Below are positions 53,011 to 62,469 of a DNA stretch of 64,000 nt, in pieces. The notes beneath the pieces were generated by a model. The model was not told where the DNA came from, ran no database searches, and saw only the letters and a list, made by a program, of their open reading frames with translations. Within the stretch, counting starts at the first letter, position 1. Each line of letters begins with the position of its first letter. Both the position numbers and the translations under genes were made by a program. The stretch lies in NCBI GenBank assembly GCA_963717145.1, contig OY970325.1:3200001-3264000 (forward strand). Direction: 5' to 3'. The stretch is from an uncultured Armatimonadetes bacterium. Lineage in GTDB: Bacteria > Armatimonadota > UBA5829 > DTJY01.

Positions 53011-54288
53011 TTACTCCCTGTTGAACATCAATATCTCGTCCGCGTACTTCGCCGCCTTGATGCAGCACTCCTTGGCGGTCTTCTTCCCGAGCACCGCGAG
53101 GGTGATCTCGTTCGCGATGAGGTAGTTCATCTCGACCGAGCATTCCACCTTCGGCAGCGGGTAACCGTACTCGATGGCGTCGATGAACACCTGCTTCTTC
53201 CGCGGCTTGTCCTTGAGATAGAGATATGCGCCCGACTCCGCGACCGACTTCCGGCTCGGGATGATCTGCTTCTTCTCGGCGAAGTGCTTCTGCATGCTCG
53301 GCGAGGTCATGAACTTCACGAGTTCCCACGCCTCTTTCTTATGCTTTCCGCCCTTGAGGATGCCCCAGCACGCACCGCCGATGAACGACGCGCGCTTCTT
53401 GCCCATCGGCAGAGGAGCGACATCGTAGTCGAAGGTGGTGATCTCTTTGTTGAATATCAGGCCGGCCGCCCAGCTTCCGCTGATGTACATGCCGATCTGG
53501 CCGTTCGTGAAGAGCTTCTGCGGGCCGATGTCGGCGGCATCCGCGGCGGTCGGGGCGACGTGGTGCTTAGTGCGAAGGTCGGACATCCACTGGAGCGCCT
53601 CGTAGGCGGCGGGCTCGTCGAGGGTACACCTCGTGTTGTCGGCGTTCAGGATACTTCCGCCGTTCTGCCATACGTAAGCCTGCCAGGTCTGATCGGGCAC
53701 GCATCCCCACTGCTCGAGCTTGTCATCCTTATCGAGGTTCTTCGAGAGCCTCTTCGCATTCGCGAGGAACGTCTCCCAGGTCCAGGTCTCATCCGGGTAG
53801 GGCACGCCGTACTTGTCGAACATCGTCTTGTTGTAGTACATGGCGTAGATGTCCACATCGCCCGGAATGGCGTAGATCTTGCCCTTGTACTTGCCCCAGC
53901 TCTCGACCGCCGGGGCGTAGAAATCGCTGATGTCGAACTCGGTGTCCTTCTCGATGTAGGGCTCGAGGTCTTCGAGGAGGCCCTTCGCGGCGCACGGAGT
54001 GAAGTAGGTCGAACTGACTCGGCTCACGTCCGGGCATCGCCCGCCTGCCGTCGAAACCAGCAGCTTGTCGAACATCCTCAGCCACGGCACCGACTCGATC
54101 TCGACGCGGATGTTGGGGTGAGTCTTGTAGAACTCCTTCAGCGCTTCTTTGTAGAAATCGAGGTCTTCCTGCTTGTCCCAGACGGTCATCCTCAGAACGA
54201 TGATGCCCGGCTCCGTCTTCGGCTTCGAACAGCCGATGAGGCTCACAACAACGGCAGATATCAGTATCAGTGCAGCTAGTTTTCTCAT
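53011..54288 (-). CDS. Sugar ABC transporter substrate-binding lipoprotein (3 of 3)
   Basis: Lipobox LIGC, YYNKTMFD, PDETWTW, EAWELVKF. Confidence 0.9.
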   Translation of the reverse strand: MRKLAALILISAVVVSLIGCSKPKTEPGIIVLRMTVWDKQEDLDFYKEALKEFYKTHPNIRVEIESVPWLRMFDKLLVSTAGGRCPDVSRVSSTYFTPCAAKGLLEDLEPYIEKDTEFDISDFYAPAVESWGKYKGKIYAIPGDVDIYAMYYNKTMFDKYGVPYPDETWTWETFLANAKRLSKNLDKDDKLEQWGCVPDQTWQAYVWQNGGSILNADNTRCTLDEPAAYEALQWMSDLRTKHHVAPTAADAADIGPQKLFTNGQIGMYISGSWAAGLIFNKEITTFDYDVAPLPMGKKRASFIGGACWGILKGGKHKKEAWELVKFMTSPSMQKHFAEKKQIIPSRKSVAESGAYLYLKDKPRKKQVFIDAIEYGYPLPKVECSVEMNYLIANEITLAVLGKKTAKECCIKAAKYADEILMFNRE

Positions 54289-54302
54289 GCTCTCACTCAG
54301 TT

Positions 54303-54367
54303 GTAGTGGCCGTGCCTCTGTGCCGGCCTGACCGCGTCGTAGGCCGGCACAGAGGCACGGCCACTAC
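54303..54367. repeat. REP-like palindrome, family C
   Basis: GTAGTGGCCGTGCCTCTGTGCCGGCC...GGCCGGCACAGAGGCACGGCCACTAC. Confidence 0.9.
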
Positions 54368-54414
54368 GGGACGCCCCGACACGTCTCCGGTAGCATTCAC
54401 CATCGGGTGCCGTC

Positions 54415-55707
54415 TTACCTCCCATACTGCATCACATCGTACCGCAACAGATCGTTCACCAACGGCGTCACTTTCCGGCATGCGGTCTGGGCGCTCTCCT
54501 TGCCAAGGATCGCCAGGGTGATCTCGTTCGAGATGATATCGTTCATCTCGCGCGAGCAGGGCACATTCGGCACCACGAATCCGTACTTGATCGCGTCGAT
54601 GAACACCTGCTTGTTCCGCGGCTTATCCTTCAGATAGAGATACGCCCCCGATTCCGCGACCGACCTTCGGCTCGGGATTATGTGCTGGGTCTTCGCATAG
54701 AAGCCCTGGAAGACCGGAGAGGTCATGAACTTGACCAGTTCCCATGCCTCTCGCTTGTGCTTCGAGCCCTTCAGCACGCTGAATGCCGCTCCGCCCATGA
54801 ATGCCGCTCGCCGCTTGCCCTTCGGGATCGGCGCGACATCGTAGTCGAATGTCTTGATCTCCTTGTGGAAGATCAGTGCTGCCGCCCAACTCCCGCTGAC
54901 CAGCATCCCGACCTGCCCGTTTGTGAAGAGCTTCTGCGGCCCGATGTCGGCCATGTCGCCGGGTGTCGGCGCGACCTTGTACTTACTGCGCAGGTCGGAC
55001 ATCCACTGAAGCGCCTCGTAGGCCTCGGGGCGATCGAGCACACATTTCGTGCCGCTCTTGTTCAGTATGTCGCCGCCGTTCTGCCAGATGTAGTCCTGCC
55101 ACCACATGTCCGGCACGCAGCCCCACTGCTCGAGCCTGCCGTCATCGTCCAGGTCCTTCGAGAGCTTTCGAGCGGCCTCCAGGAACTTGTCCCAGTCCCA
55201 GGTGTCGTCCGGGTATCGGATGCCATACTTGTCGAACATCGTCTTGTTGTAGTACATCGCGTAGATGTCCACGTCGCTGGGAAGGCCGTAGATCCTCCCC
55301 TTGTACTTCCCCCACCCCTCGAGCGACTCGGGGTAGAAGTCCTTGATGTCGAACTCAGGATCGTTCTCGACGTAGGGGTCGAGACACTCCAGGAGGCCCT
55401 TCGCGGCGCAGGGGGTAAAGTAGGTCGAGTCCACACGGCTGACGTCGGGCGTGCGGCCGCCCGCGGTGGAGATCAGCAGCTTGTCGAACATCCGGCTCCA
55501 GGGGATCAATTCGATCTCGACGCGGATTTTGGGGTGGTCCTTGTAGAACTCCTTGAGCGCGTTGTTGTAGAACGGCAGTTCGTCCTGCTTGCCCCACATG
55601 GTGAGCCTCAGGACGACGGTATCGGACTCAGGCTTCCTGCACCCCGAGGGAATCCCCGCCAGGACCGCCAGAAGCAGCACGATTGCGGCAACAGCCCTCC
55701 TTCCCAT
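54415..55707 (-). CDS. Sugar ABC transporter substrate-binding lipoprotein (2 of 3)
   Basis: Signal peptide with PSGC; close paralog of 53011-54288. Confidence 0.88.
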   Translation of the reverse strand: MGRRAVAAIVLLLAVLAGIPSGCRKPESDTVVLRLTMWGKQDELPFYNNALKEFYKDHPKIRVEIELIPWSRMFDKLLISTAGGRTPDVSRVDSTYFTPCAAKGLLECLDPYVENDPEFDIKDFYPESLEGWGKYKGRIYGLPSDVDIYAMYYNKTMFDKYGIRYPDDTWDWDKFLEAARKLSKDLDDDGRLEQWGCVPDMWWQDYIWQNGGDILNKSGTKCVLDRPEAYEALQWMSDLRSKYKVAPTPGDMADIGPQKLFTNGQVGMLVSGSWAAALIFHKEIKTFDYDVAPIPKGKRRAAFMGGAAFSVLKGSKHKREAWELVKFMTSPVFQGFYAKTQHIIPSRRSVAESGAYLYLKDKPRNKQVFIDAIKYGFVVPNVPCSREMNDIISNEITLAILGKESAQTACRKVTPLVNDLLRYDVMQYGR

Positions 55708-55726
55708 ACCGTTCACCGTCCACCGT

Positions 55727-57025
55727 TCACTGGCTTCCCCGCCGCGCCGTGTCGCTGTACTGGAGCAGATCGTTGACCCGGCGCGCGGCCCTCTTGCAGG
55801 CATCCGCCACTGGCTCCTTGCCGTTCATCGCGTTGGCAAGCTCGTTGCCCATGATATCGTCCATCTCGCGACTGCAGGGGATCGCCGGGCGCGTATGGCC
55901 GTACTCGATCGCGTCGAGGAACACCTGGCGGTGCTTCGGCGGGCCGGGCAGGTCCAGGAACGCGTTGGATTGCGCGACGGATATGCGGCTCGGGACTACC
56001 TGTTCGGTGATCGCGCGCTCCCGGAGGGCCTCCTTGCTCGCCATGAACTTGATGAGTTCCCAGGCCTCATTCTTGTGCTTCGAGCCCCGCAGGATGGCGT
56101 AAGAAGCACCTCCGTAGTAGGCGGCTCTCCGCTTGCCCTTGGGCTGAGGAGCGACATCGTAGACGAAGGTCTTGATCTCCTTATCGAACCACAGCCGCAC
56201 GGCCCAGCTTCCGCCGAAGTACATGCCGATCTTGCCACTAGTGAAGAGACCCTTGGTGCTCGTATCCTGCAGGTCGGTCGCCGTCGGCGCCACACGATGC
56301 TTATCGCGCAGGTCGGACATGAACTGGATCGCTTCGATCGCTTCCGGCCGATCCAGCAGGCACACCCTCCGCTCCATGTCGATGATGTCGCCGCCATTCT
56401 GCCAGACATAGGTCTGCCACATGTTCAGCGTGGTGCCGAACTGGTCGATCCGCCCATCCCCATTGAAGTCTTTCGTGAGCTTCTTCGCCGCACTCACGTA
56501 GTCGTCCCAGTCCCAGGTCTCGTCCGGGTAGGGCACGTCGTACCGGTCGAACATCGTCTTGTTGTAGAACATCGCGTAGATGTCCACACCGGCGGGGATG
56601 GCATAGAGCGTGCCCTCGTACTTCCCCCAGCCGTTCACCGCCGCAGGGTAGAAGTCCTCGAGGTCGAACTCCCCATCTTTCGCCACGTAGGGTCCCAGGT
56701 CCTCGAGTAATCCCTTCGAAGCACATGGGACGAACCAGAGAGAGCTGACGATGCTGGCATCCGGGGCCTTGCCGCCCGCGGTGGAGATCAGGAGCTTGTC
56801 GAATGTCCGCTCGTTGACGGTAAACTCGAGGCGCACGCGGATACTCGGATGCTCAGCGTAGAACCCCTTGAGCTTCTCGTTCCACTTTCTCTCGTCGGCG
56901 GCGGTTCCCCACACGACCATTCGGAGGTATGTGACATCGCCCTTCGGTTTCTCCTGCCGGCAGCCGGACAGGATGGTGAGGAGTATCGAGATCAACACAA
57001 CCAATACAAGTTCGCGTTTTGTCAT
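55727..57025 (-). CDS. Sugar ABC transporter substrate-binding lipoprotein (1 of 3)
   Basis: Lipobox LSGC, FYNKTMFD, PDETWDW. Confidence 0.9.
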   Translation of the reverse strand: MTKRELVLVVLISILLTILSGCRQEKPKGDVTYLRMVVWGTAADERKWNEKLKGFYAEHPSIRVRLEFTVNERTFDKLLISTAGGKAPDASIVSSLWFVPCASKGLLEDLGPYVAKDGEFDLEDFYPAAVNGWGKYEGTLYAIPAGVDIYAMFYNKTMFDRYDVPYPDETWDWDDYVSAAKKLTKDFNGDGRIDQFGTTLNMWQTYVWQNGGDIIDMERRVCLLDRPEAIEAIQFMSDLRDKHRVAPTATDLQDTSTKGLFTSGKIGMYFGGSWAVRLWFDKEIKTFVYDVAPQPKGKRRAAYYGGASYAILRGSKHKNEAWELIKFMASKEALRERAITEQVVPSRISVAQSNAFLDLPGPPKHRQVFLDAIEYGHTRPAIPCSREMDDIMGNELANAMNGKEPVADACKRAARRVNDLLQYSDTARRGSQ

Positions 57026-57115
57026 CTTCGGACAGGCTTCCCACAGCGGATTTCTGCCGGTATGTTCACCGCCGACCTAAGGGAATACCTCTGTGGAGCC
57101 CGGAGAGCGTACATG

Positions 57116-57144
57116 TTGACTTCGGGGGTGTGCTTAGGTATACT
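57116..57144 (+). promoter_or_regulatory. Sigma70-type promoter of the rml/heptose cluster
   Basis: TTGACT-17 bp-TATACT. Confidence 0.7.
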
Positions 57145-57179
57145 TGGGCATCTTCCCAATATCCCATGTGGAGCCGATC

Positions 57180-57635
57180 ATGATCCATGGCGTGGAGATC
57201 AAACAACTGCAGAGACATGCCGACGAGCGGGGCTGCCTGACCGAGATCCTCCGCTGCGACGACGACATTTTCGTCGATTTCGGCCAGCTATATGCGTCGG
57301 TGAACTACCCCGAAGTCATCAGGGCATGGCACTATCACAAGAGGCAGGATGACTTCTTCGCGGTCGTGAAGGGCATGATCAAGGCCGTGCTGTACGATGC
57401 GCGCGAGGGCTCGCCGACCAAAGGCGAGGTGAACGAATTCTTCCTGGGCGAGCAGAACATGATCCTGCTCAAGGTGCCGATCGGCGTCTATCATGGCTAC
57501 AAGACGATCGGGGTGGAACCGGCGATCCTGCTCAACCTGCCAACTGAGCCATACGATCCGGCCCGTCCCGACGAGTATCGCCTGCCCCACGACTCGCCTG
57601 AAGTCCCGTATGACTGGGCGATCAAGATGAAGTGA
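57180..57635 (+). CDS. rmlC: dTDP-4-dehydrorhamnose 3,5-epimerase family protein
   Basis: DERG, RAWHYH, YDAREGSPT, VYHGYK; its stop codon is supplied by the IS end. Confidence 0.85.
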   Translation: MIHGVEIKQLQRHADERGCLTEILRCDDDIFVDFGQLYASVNYPEVIRAWHYHKRQDDFFAVVKGMIKAVLYDAREGSPTKGEVNEFFLGEQNMILLKVPIGVYHGYKTIGVEPAILLNLPTEPYDPARPDEYRLPHDSPEVPYDWAIKMK

Positions 57636-57686
57636 TCTTGCCTCGAATTAGTGGGCACCGGATAATAAGAGATGAGGTGACCCAAG

Positions 57687-57968
57687 ATGAAGAGGCAGTA
57701 TTCAGAAAGCTTCAAGGCGGAGGCGGTGAAGTTGGCTTTTTCCGGCAGGGCGAGCAAAGCTCGGATCGCAAAGGAACTGGGAGTCAACATCAACAGCCTG
57801 GACGCCTGGATCAGGAAGTACAAGGAGAGCCTGGGAGAGATCGATCCCAGGAAGAGAGAGTCCCTTGAGGACGAAGTGAAGCGTCTCCGCAAGGAGAACG
57901 ATCTCCTCCGAGAGGAGAGAGACATATTAAAAAAAGCGGCGGCGTACTTTGCGAGGGAGCAGCAGTGA
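57687..57968 (+). CDS. IS3 transposase OrfA
   Basis: YSESFKAEAV HTH, LKKAAAYFA. Confidence 0.93.
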   Translation: MKRQYSESFKAEAVKLAFSGRASKARIAKELGVNINSLDAWIRKYKESLGEIDPRKRESLEDEVKRLRKENDLLREERDILKKAAAYFAREQQ

Positions 57969-58834
57969 AGTACGCCTTCATCGCTGCTCAAGACGGTCGC
58001 TTCAGGATCGGGACGATCTGCGGGGTGCTCGGTGTGAGCCGGAGCGGCTACTACGCGTGGCAGGGGCGTCCCGAAAGCGATCGCGCCAGGAAGAACGAGA
58101 AGCTGCTCACACGGATCAGGGAGGTCCACGCCGAGAGCAGAGACACCTACGGTAGCCCGAGGGTTCACATACGGCTTCGGCAGGCGGGTGAGACCTGCAG
58201 CAGAGGCCGTGTGGCCAGGCTCATGACAGCAAACGGAATCCGCGCAAGACAGAAGCGGAAGTTCCGTGTTACGACTAACTCCAGGCACAACCAGCCTGTG
58301 GCGGCGAATCTGCTCAAGAGAAACTTCGAGGTAGCCAGACCGAACAGTGTCTGGGTAAGCGACATAACGTATGTGCATACCCGTGAGGGTTGGCTCTATC
58401 TTTCGGCGGTGATGGATCTTTACTCGCGCCAGATAGTGGGCTGGTCGATGAAAGAGACGCTTGGGAGTGTGCTCGCAAGTGAGGCGCTCAGGATGGCATA
58501 CAAGAACAGAAGACCGGTCGGTGAAGTCATCCATCATTCGGATCGAGGGTGTCAGTACGCGAGCGGCGAATTTCGTAGGCTTCTCGAAGCCTACGAAATT
58601 CGAGCCAGCATGAGCGGCGCCGGGGATTGCTATGACAACGCCCCGATGGAGAGCTTCTTTGCGACGCTTAAGGCCGAGCTGATACATCATCGAACATACT
58701 CCTCACGAGAGGAAGCGAGATCTGATATCTTCGAGTACATCGAAGTGTTCTACAATCGACAGCGACTCCACTCGAGCCTCGGCTATCGGAGTCCCGCCGA
58801 TTTCGAGGCGGCCGCTCTCGAACGAGCGGCCTAG
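57965..58834 (+). CDS. IS3 transposase OrfB (DDE integrase core)
   Basis: YGSPR, WVSDITY, HSDRGCQY, DNAPMESFF. Confidence 0.95.
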   Translation: MKYAFIAAQDGRFRIGTICGVLGVSRSGYYAWQGRPESDRARKNEKLLTRIREVHAESRDTYGSPRVHIRLRQAGETCSRGRVARLMTANGIRARQKRKFRVTTNSRHNQPVAANLLKRNFEVARPNSVWVSDITYVHTREGWLYLSAVMDLYSRQIVGWSMKETLGSVLASEALRMAYKNRRPVGEVIHHSDRGCQYASGEFRRLLEAYEIRASMSGAGDCYDNAPMESFFATLKAELIHHRTYSSREEARSDIFEYIEVFYNRQRLHSSLGYRSPADFEAAALERAA

Positions 58835-59026
58835 GTGATCTGTCCACGAAAACGGGGCAGGATCAAAGTAATGGGCAGAGTATGGGTGTGTGGGAGTGTG
58901 GGGGTATGGGAGGCCGGATTCTGAGTACTCCCATACCCCCACACTCCCATACTCCCGCACTCTCCAACGGAACTGCGGGCCCTGGCTGGGCGTATTCAGA
59001 AGTAGACTGCACTCCGGACAAGGACT

Positions 59027-60052
59027 ATGAAGAGCATTCTGGTCACGGGCGGCGCGGGCTTCATCGGAAGCAACTTCTGCCGCTACATGCTTGAGAAGTA
59101 CCCCGATTACAGCATCATCGTGCTCGATGCGCTCACCTACGCGGGGAACATGGACAACCTCGCCGACCTGATGGGTAATCCGCGGTTCACGTTCCATCAT
59201 GGCGACATCCGTGACCGCGAAGTCGTCGAAAGCCTGATGTGCGACGTCGACGCCGTCGTGAACTTCGCCGCCGAATCGCACGTGGACCGCTCGATCGCCG
59301 ATCCGGGCGACTTCGTGCTGACCGACGTGTTCGGCGTCTTCATCCTCCTCGAGGCGGCGAAGAAGCGCGGCCTCGCGCGCTTCCTTCACGTTTCCACGGA
59401 TGAGGTATACGGCTCGATCGAGGAGGGATCCTTCAAGGAGAGCGACGCGCTCACCCCGAACAGCCCGTACTCGGCGAGTAAGGCCGGCGGGGAGCTGTTC
59501 GCCCGATCCTATTTTGCGACCTACGGAATGCCGATCATTATTACCAGGGGATCGAACAACTTCGGCCCGTACCAATATCCCGAGAAGCTGATACCGCTCT
59601 TCATCACGAATGCGCTCGAGGACAAGCAGCTTCCGGTCTACGGGAACGGCATGCAGGTGCGCGACTGGATCTACGTGCTCGATCACTGCGAGGGGATCGA
59701 TGTCGCCCTCCACAAGGGTCAGTTGGGGGAAGCATATAACGTCGGCGGCAGTAACGAGCGGACGAATCTCCATATCACTAAGGCGATCCTCTCGATCTTG
59801 GGCAAGCCGGAGTCGCTGATCAAGTACGTTGAGGATCGTCCGGGACACGATCAGCGCTATTCGATCGACTGTAGCAAGCTGAACGCCCTGGGGTGGAAGC
59901 CCAGGCATGACTTCGATGAGGCGCTCGAGAAGACCGTGAAGTGGTACGTCGAGAATGGGGCCTGGTGGCGCAGGATCAAGGACCACCAGGCGGAATACCA
60001 GGCGTTCACGCGGGAATGGTATGGAAATAGAGGGAACATGGTTAATGGTTAA
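59027..60052 (+). CDS. rmlB: dTDP-glucose 4,6-dehydratase
   Basis: TGGAGFIGSNF, LTYAGN, AAESHVDRS, STDEVYG, YSASK, DRPGHD. Confidence 0.95.
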   Translation: MKSILVTGGAGFIGSNFCRYMLEKYPDYSIIVLDALTYAGNMDNLADLMGNPRFTFHHGDIRDREVVESLMCDVDAVVNFAAESHVDRSIADPGDFVLTDVFGVFILLEAAKKRGLARFLHVSTDEVYGSIEEGSFKESDALTPNSPYSASKAGGELFARSYFATYGMPIIITRGSNNFGPYQYPEKLIPLFITNALEDKQLPVYGNGMQVRDWIYVLDHCEGIDVALHKGQLGEAYNVGGSNERTNLHITKAILSILGKPESLIKYVEDRPGHDQRYSIDCSKLNALGWKPRHDFDEALEKTVKWYVENGAWWRRIKDHQAEYQAFTREWYGNRGNMVNG

Positions 60053-60131
60053 TGGCTAATGGTTAATGCGGGACTGGCCCCCATCAACCATAAACCATCA
60101 ACCATCAACCATGCCCCCGCATGGAGCATAT

Positions 60132-61115
60132 ATGATCATAACACAGACTCCCCTTCGAATCAGTTTCGCGGGCGGAGGCACTGATTTCGAGGGATTCTAC
60201 AAAGACGGCGGCGGATGCGTCGTTTCGACCGCGATCGACAAGTACATCTACGTCATCATCAAGGAACGCTTCGACGACAAGATCCGCGTCGGCTACTCGA
60301 AGACCGAGATGGTCGACTCGATAGACGAGATCGAGCACGAACTCGTCCGAGAGTGCCTGCGCAAGACGGGCATCACGAGCGGAGTCGAAATCTCCACGAT
60401 GGCCGATATCCCCTCCGAGGGATCGGGCCTCGGCTCGTCGAGCAGTGTAACCGTCGGGCTGCTCAATGCCATGTACGCCTACCAGGGCGACCCGAAGCCG
60501 GCCGAAGTGCTCGCCGCCGGAGCGTGCGAGGTCGAGATCGATGCCCTGGGCAAACCGATCGGCAAGCAGGACCAGTACATCGCTGCATACGGCAACATGC
60601 GCCTGATCGAGTTTCAGCCCACCGGCGATGTGGATGTTTCATACGTGAACATCGACCCGGATCGGAAGCGGCGGCTCAGCGAGAGCGTCATGCTCTTCTA
60701 CACGGGCGTCACTCGCAAGGCCGATGTCATTTTATCACAGCAGAAGAGGAACATCGACGACCGGCGCAAGACTCTCGAAGCGATGAGGGCGCAGGCATAT
60801 GACCTGCACAAGGGCCTCGTCGCCGGAGACATAGAGGCGATCGGACGCACGATGCACGAGGGCTGGCTCCTCAAGAAGCAGCTCGCGGACAGCATCAGCA
60901 ACGGCACGATCGATGAGATCTACGAAGCGGCCATCGAGGCCGGGGCGGTCGGCGGCAAGATCGCCGGCGCAGGCGGAGGCGGCTTCCTTCTGCTCTACTG
61001 CTGCCCTGAGCACCGGCAGTCGGTCCGGACCAGGCTGAGCGAGTTCGGCATGAAGGAACTGCCGTTCAACCTCGAGCGCGACGGCACAAAAGTGATTTTC
61101 AACGTGAGGAGATAA
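60132..61115 (+). CDS. hddA: GHMP kinase, D-glycero-D-manno-heptose-7-phosphate kinase-like
   Basis: [34 protein letters not shown]; next to gmhA/gmhB. Confidence 0.8.
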   Translation: MIITQTPLRISFAGGGTDFEGFYKDGGGCVVSTAIDKYIYVIIKERFDDKIRVGYSKTEMVDSIDEIEHELVRECLRKTGITSGVEISTMADIPSEGSGLGSSSSVTVGLLNAMYAYQGDPKPAEVLAAGACEVEIDALGKPIGKQDQYIAAYGNMRLIEFQPTGDVDVSYVNIDPDRKRRLSESVMLFYTGVTRKADVILSQQKRNIDDRRKTLEAMRAQAYDLHKGLVAGDIEAIGRTMHEGWLLKKQLADSISNGTIDEIYEAAIEAGAVGGKIAGAGGGGFLLLYCCPEHRQSVRTRLSEFGMKELPFNLERDGTKVIFNVRR

Positions 61116-61201
61116 AAACACGACGTTGGGGATGGAGTTGGACTCCGTCCCCCTAAGCCTTGCGGGAATGGAGTCCAACTCCATCCCCAACGTCGTGTTT
61201 T
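61115..61201. repeat. Perfect 32-bp inverted repeat (CGTT-GGGGATGGAGTTGGACTCC family)
   Basis: 61115-61146 is the reverse complement of 61170-61201; related motifs at 50632-50728. Confidence 0.9.
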
Positions 61202-61219
61202 GAACGTAAGGAGATAGCT

Positions 61220-61786
61220 ATGAAACAGATAGACGATTACCTGAACGCAGTCACCGGGCTGCTCGCGGACCTGCCGAGGGACGAGATCGCCAATGTGGTG
61301 GGCCTGGTACGAGATGCCTACGCCAGTAGCCGGCAGGTCTTCATCATGGGCAACGGTGGGAGCGCATCGACCTCATCCCACCTCGCATGTGACCTCCAGA
61401 AGGGGCTCGGCGGGCTCAGCGATAAGAAGTTCAAGGTCATGTCGCTGACCGATAACGTCGCTATCATGACCGCCTGGGCGAACGATACCGACTACTCGAA
61501 CATCTTCACCGAGCAACTCGCCACCTGGGTGCAGCCGGGCGACCTCGTGATCGGCATCAGTGGGAGTGGGAACTCCCCGAACGTCATCAACGGAATCGAG
61601 TTGGCGAACAAGATGGGCGCGGTCACCGTCGGAATCAGCGGGTTCCAGGGCGGGAAGCTCGCGCAGACCGCCAAGCACGGCATCGTCGTCCAGAGCGACA
61701 ACATGCAGCACATCGAGGACGTGCACATGGTCCTCGCCCACCTGATCTTCCGCGTGCTCATGGAGGAGCTTTGGGCCAGGCAGTAG
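61220..61786 (+). CDS. gmhA: Phosphoheptose isomerase (SIS domain)
   Basis: GNGGSAS, TAWAND, ISGSGNSPNV, EDVH. Confidence 0.88.
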   Translation: MKQIDDYLNAVTGLLADLPRDEIANVVGLVRDAYASSRQVFIMGNGGSASTSSHLACDLQKGLGGLSDKKFKVMSLTDNVAIMTAWANDTDYSNIFTEQLATWVQPGDLVIGISGSGNSPNVINGIELANKMGAVTVGISGFQGGKLAQTAKHGIVVQSDNMQHIEDVHMVLAHLIFRVLMEELWARQ

Positions 61787-62352
61787 GAGGCGGCTCCGGT
61801 CGCCGCAGGGTAGTCTTCGTGGACAGAGACGGCGTGATCAACCGCAACCGAGCGGGCGATTACGTCCGGACCGTGGATCAGTTCGAGTTCCTCCCGGGCG
61901 CGCTCGAGGGGCTAGCACGGCTCAAGGAGGCGGGACTCACCGCGATAGTAGTCTCGAACCAGGCCGGAGTGGGCAGCGGATTGATGAGCATCGATGAACT
62001 CGAGCGGATCGACGACATGATGCTGGGGACGATCTCCGAACACGGCGGCGACATTTCCGCCATCTACTACTGCACTCACCGCAAGGACGAAGGTTGCGCC
62101 TGCCGTAAGCCTCAGACAGGTCTGTTCGCGAAAGCAGCCATGGACCTGGATATCGCGCTCGATCGCTCGTACTTCATTGGCGATGCCCAGGCCGATCTGG
62201 AAGCGGGAGTCAATGCCGGCTGCCGAACTGTGATTGTCCTCACAGGTCGGACATCTGCTTCCGAGATCGAAACCTGGGAGCGGAAACCGGATCATATTGC
62301 GGACGACCTTCCGTCAGCGGCGGAATGGATTCTTGCGGACTTTGGACTCTAG
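61771..62352 (+). CDS. gmhB: D,D-heptose 1,7-bisphosphate phosphatase (HAD)
   Basis: FVDRDGVIN, SNQAG, CTH....CACRKP, IGD. Confidence 0.9.
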   Translation: MGQAVGGGSGRRRVVFVDRDGVINRNRAGDYVRTVDQFEFLPGALEGLARLKEAGLTAIVVSNQAGVGSGLMSIDELERIDDMMLGTISEHGGDISAIYYCTHRKDEGCACRKPQTGLFAKAAMDLDIALDRSYFIGDAQADLEAGVNAGCRTVIVLTGRTSASEIETWERKPDHIADDLPSAAEWILADFGL

Positions 62353-62469
62353 ACCTTAGACTCTCGCGATGCTGATGGAATGCATTTCTTTCCATCAGCG
62401 GGCGGCGTATGCGCGGAGGCTCTGCTGCCGGAAGGAAAAGCAATCCGGCAGCATCGGTGATTCTCAACT

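Larger units (their letters stand above)
57633..58865 (+). mobile_element. IS3-family insertion sequence (1233 bp)
   Basis: Terminal IRs TGATCTTGCCTCGAATTAGTGGGCA / TGTCCACGAAAACGGGGCAGGATCA, AAG target duplication, orfA/orfB, A7G slippery site at 57929-57936. Confidence 0.95.
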
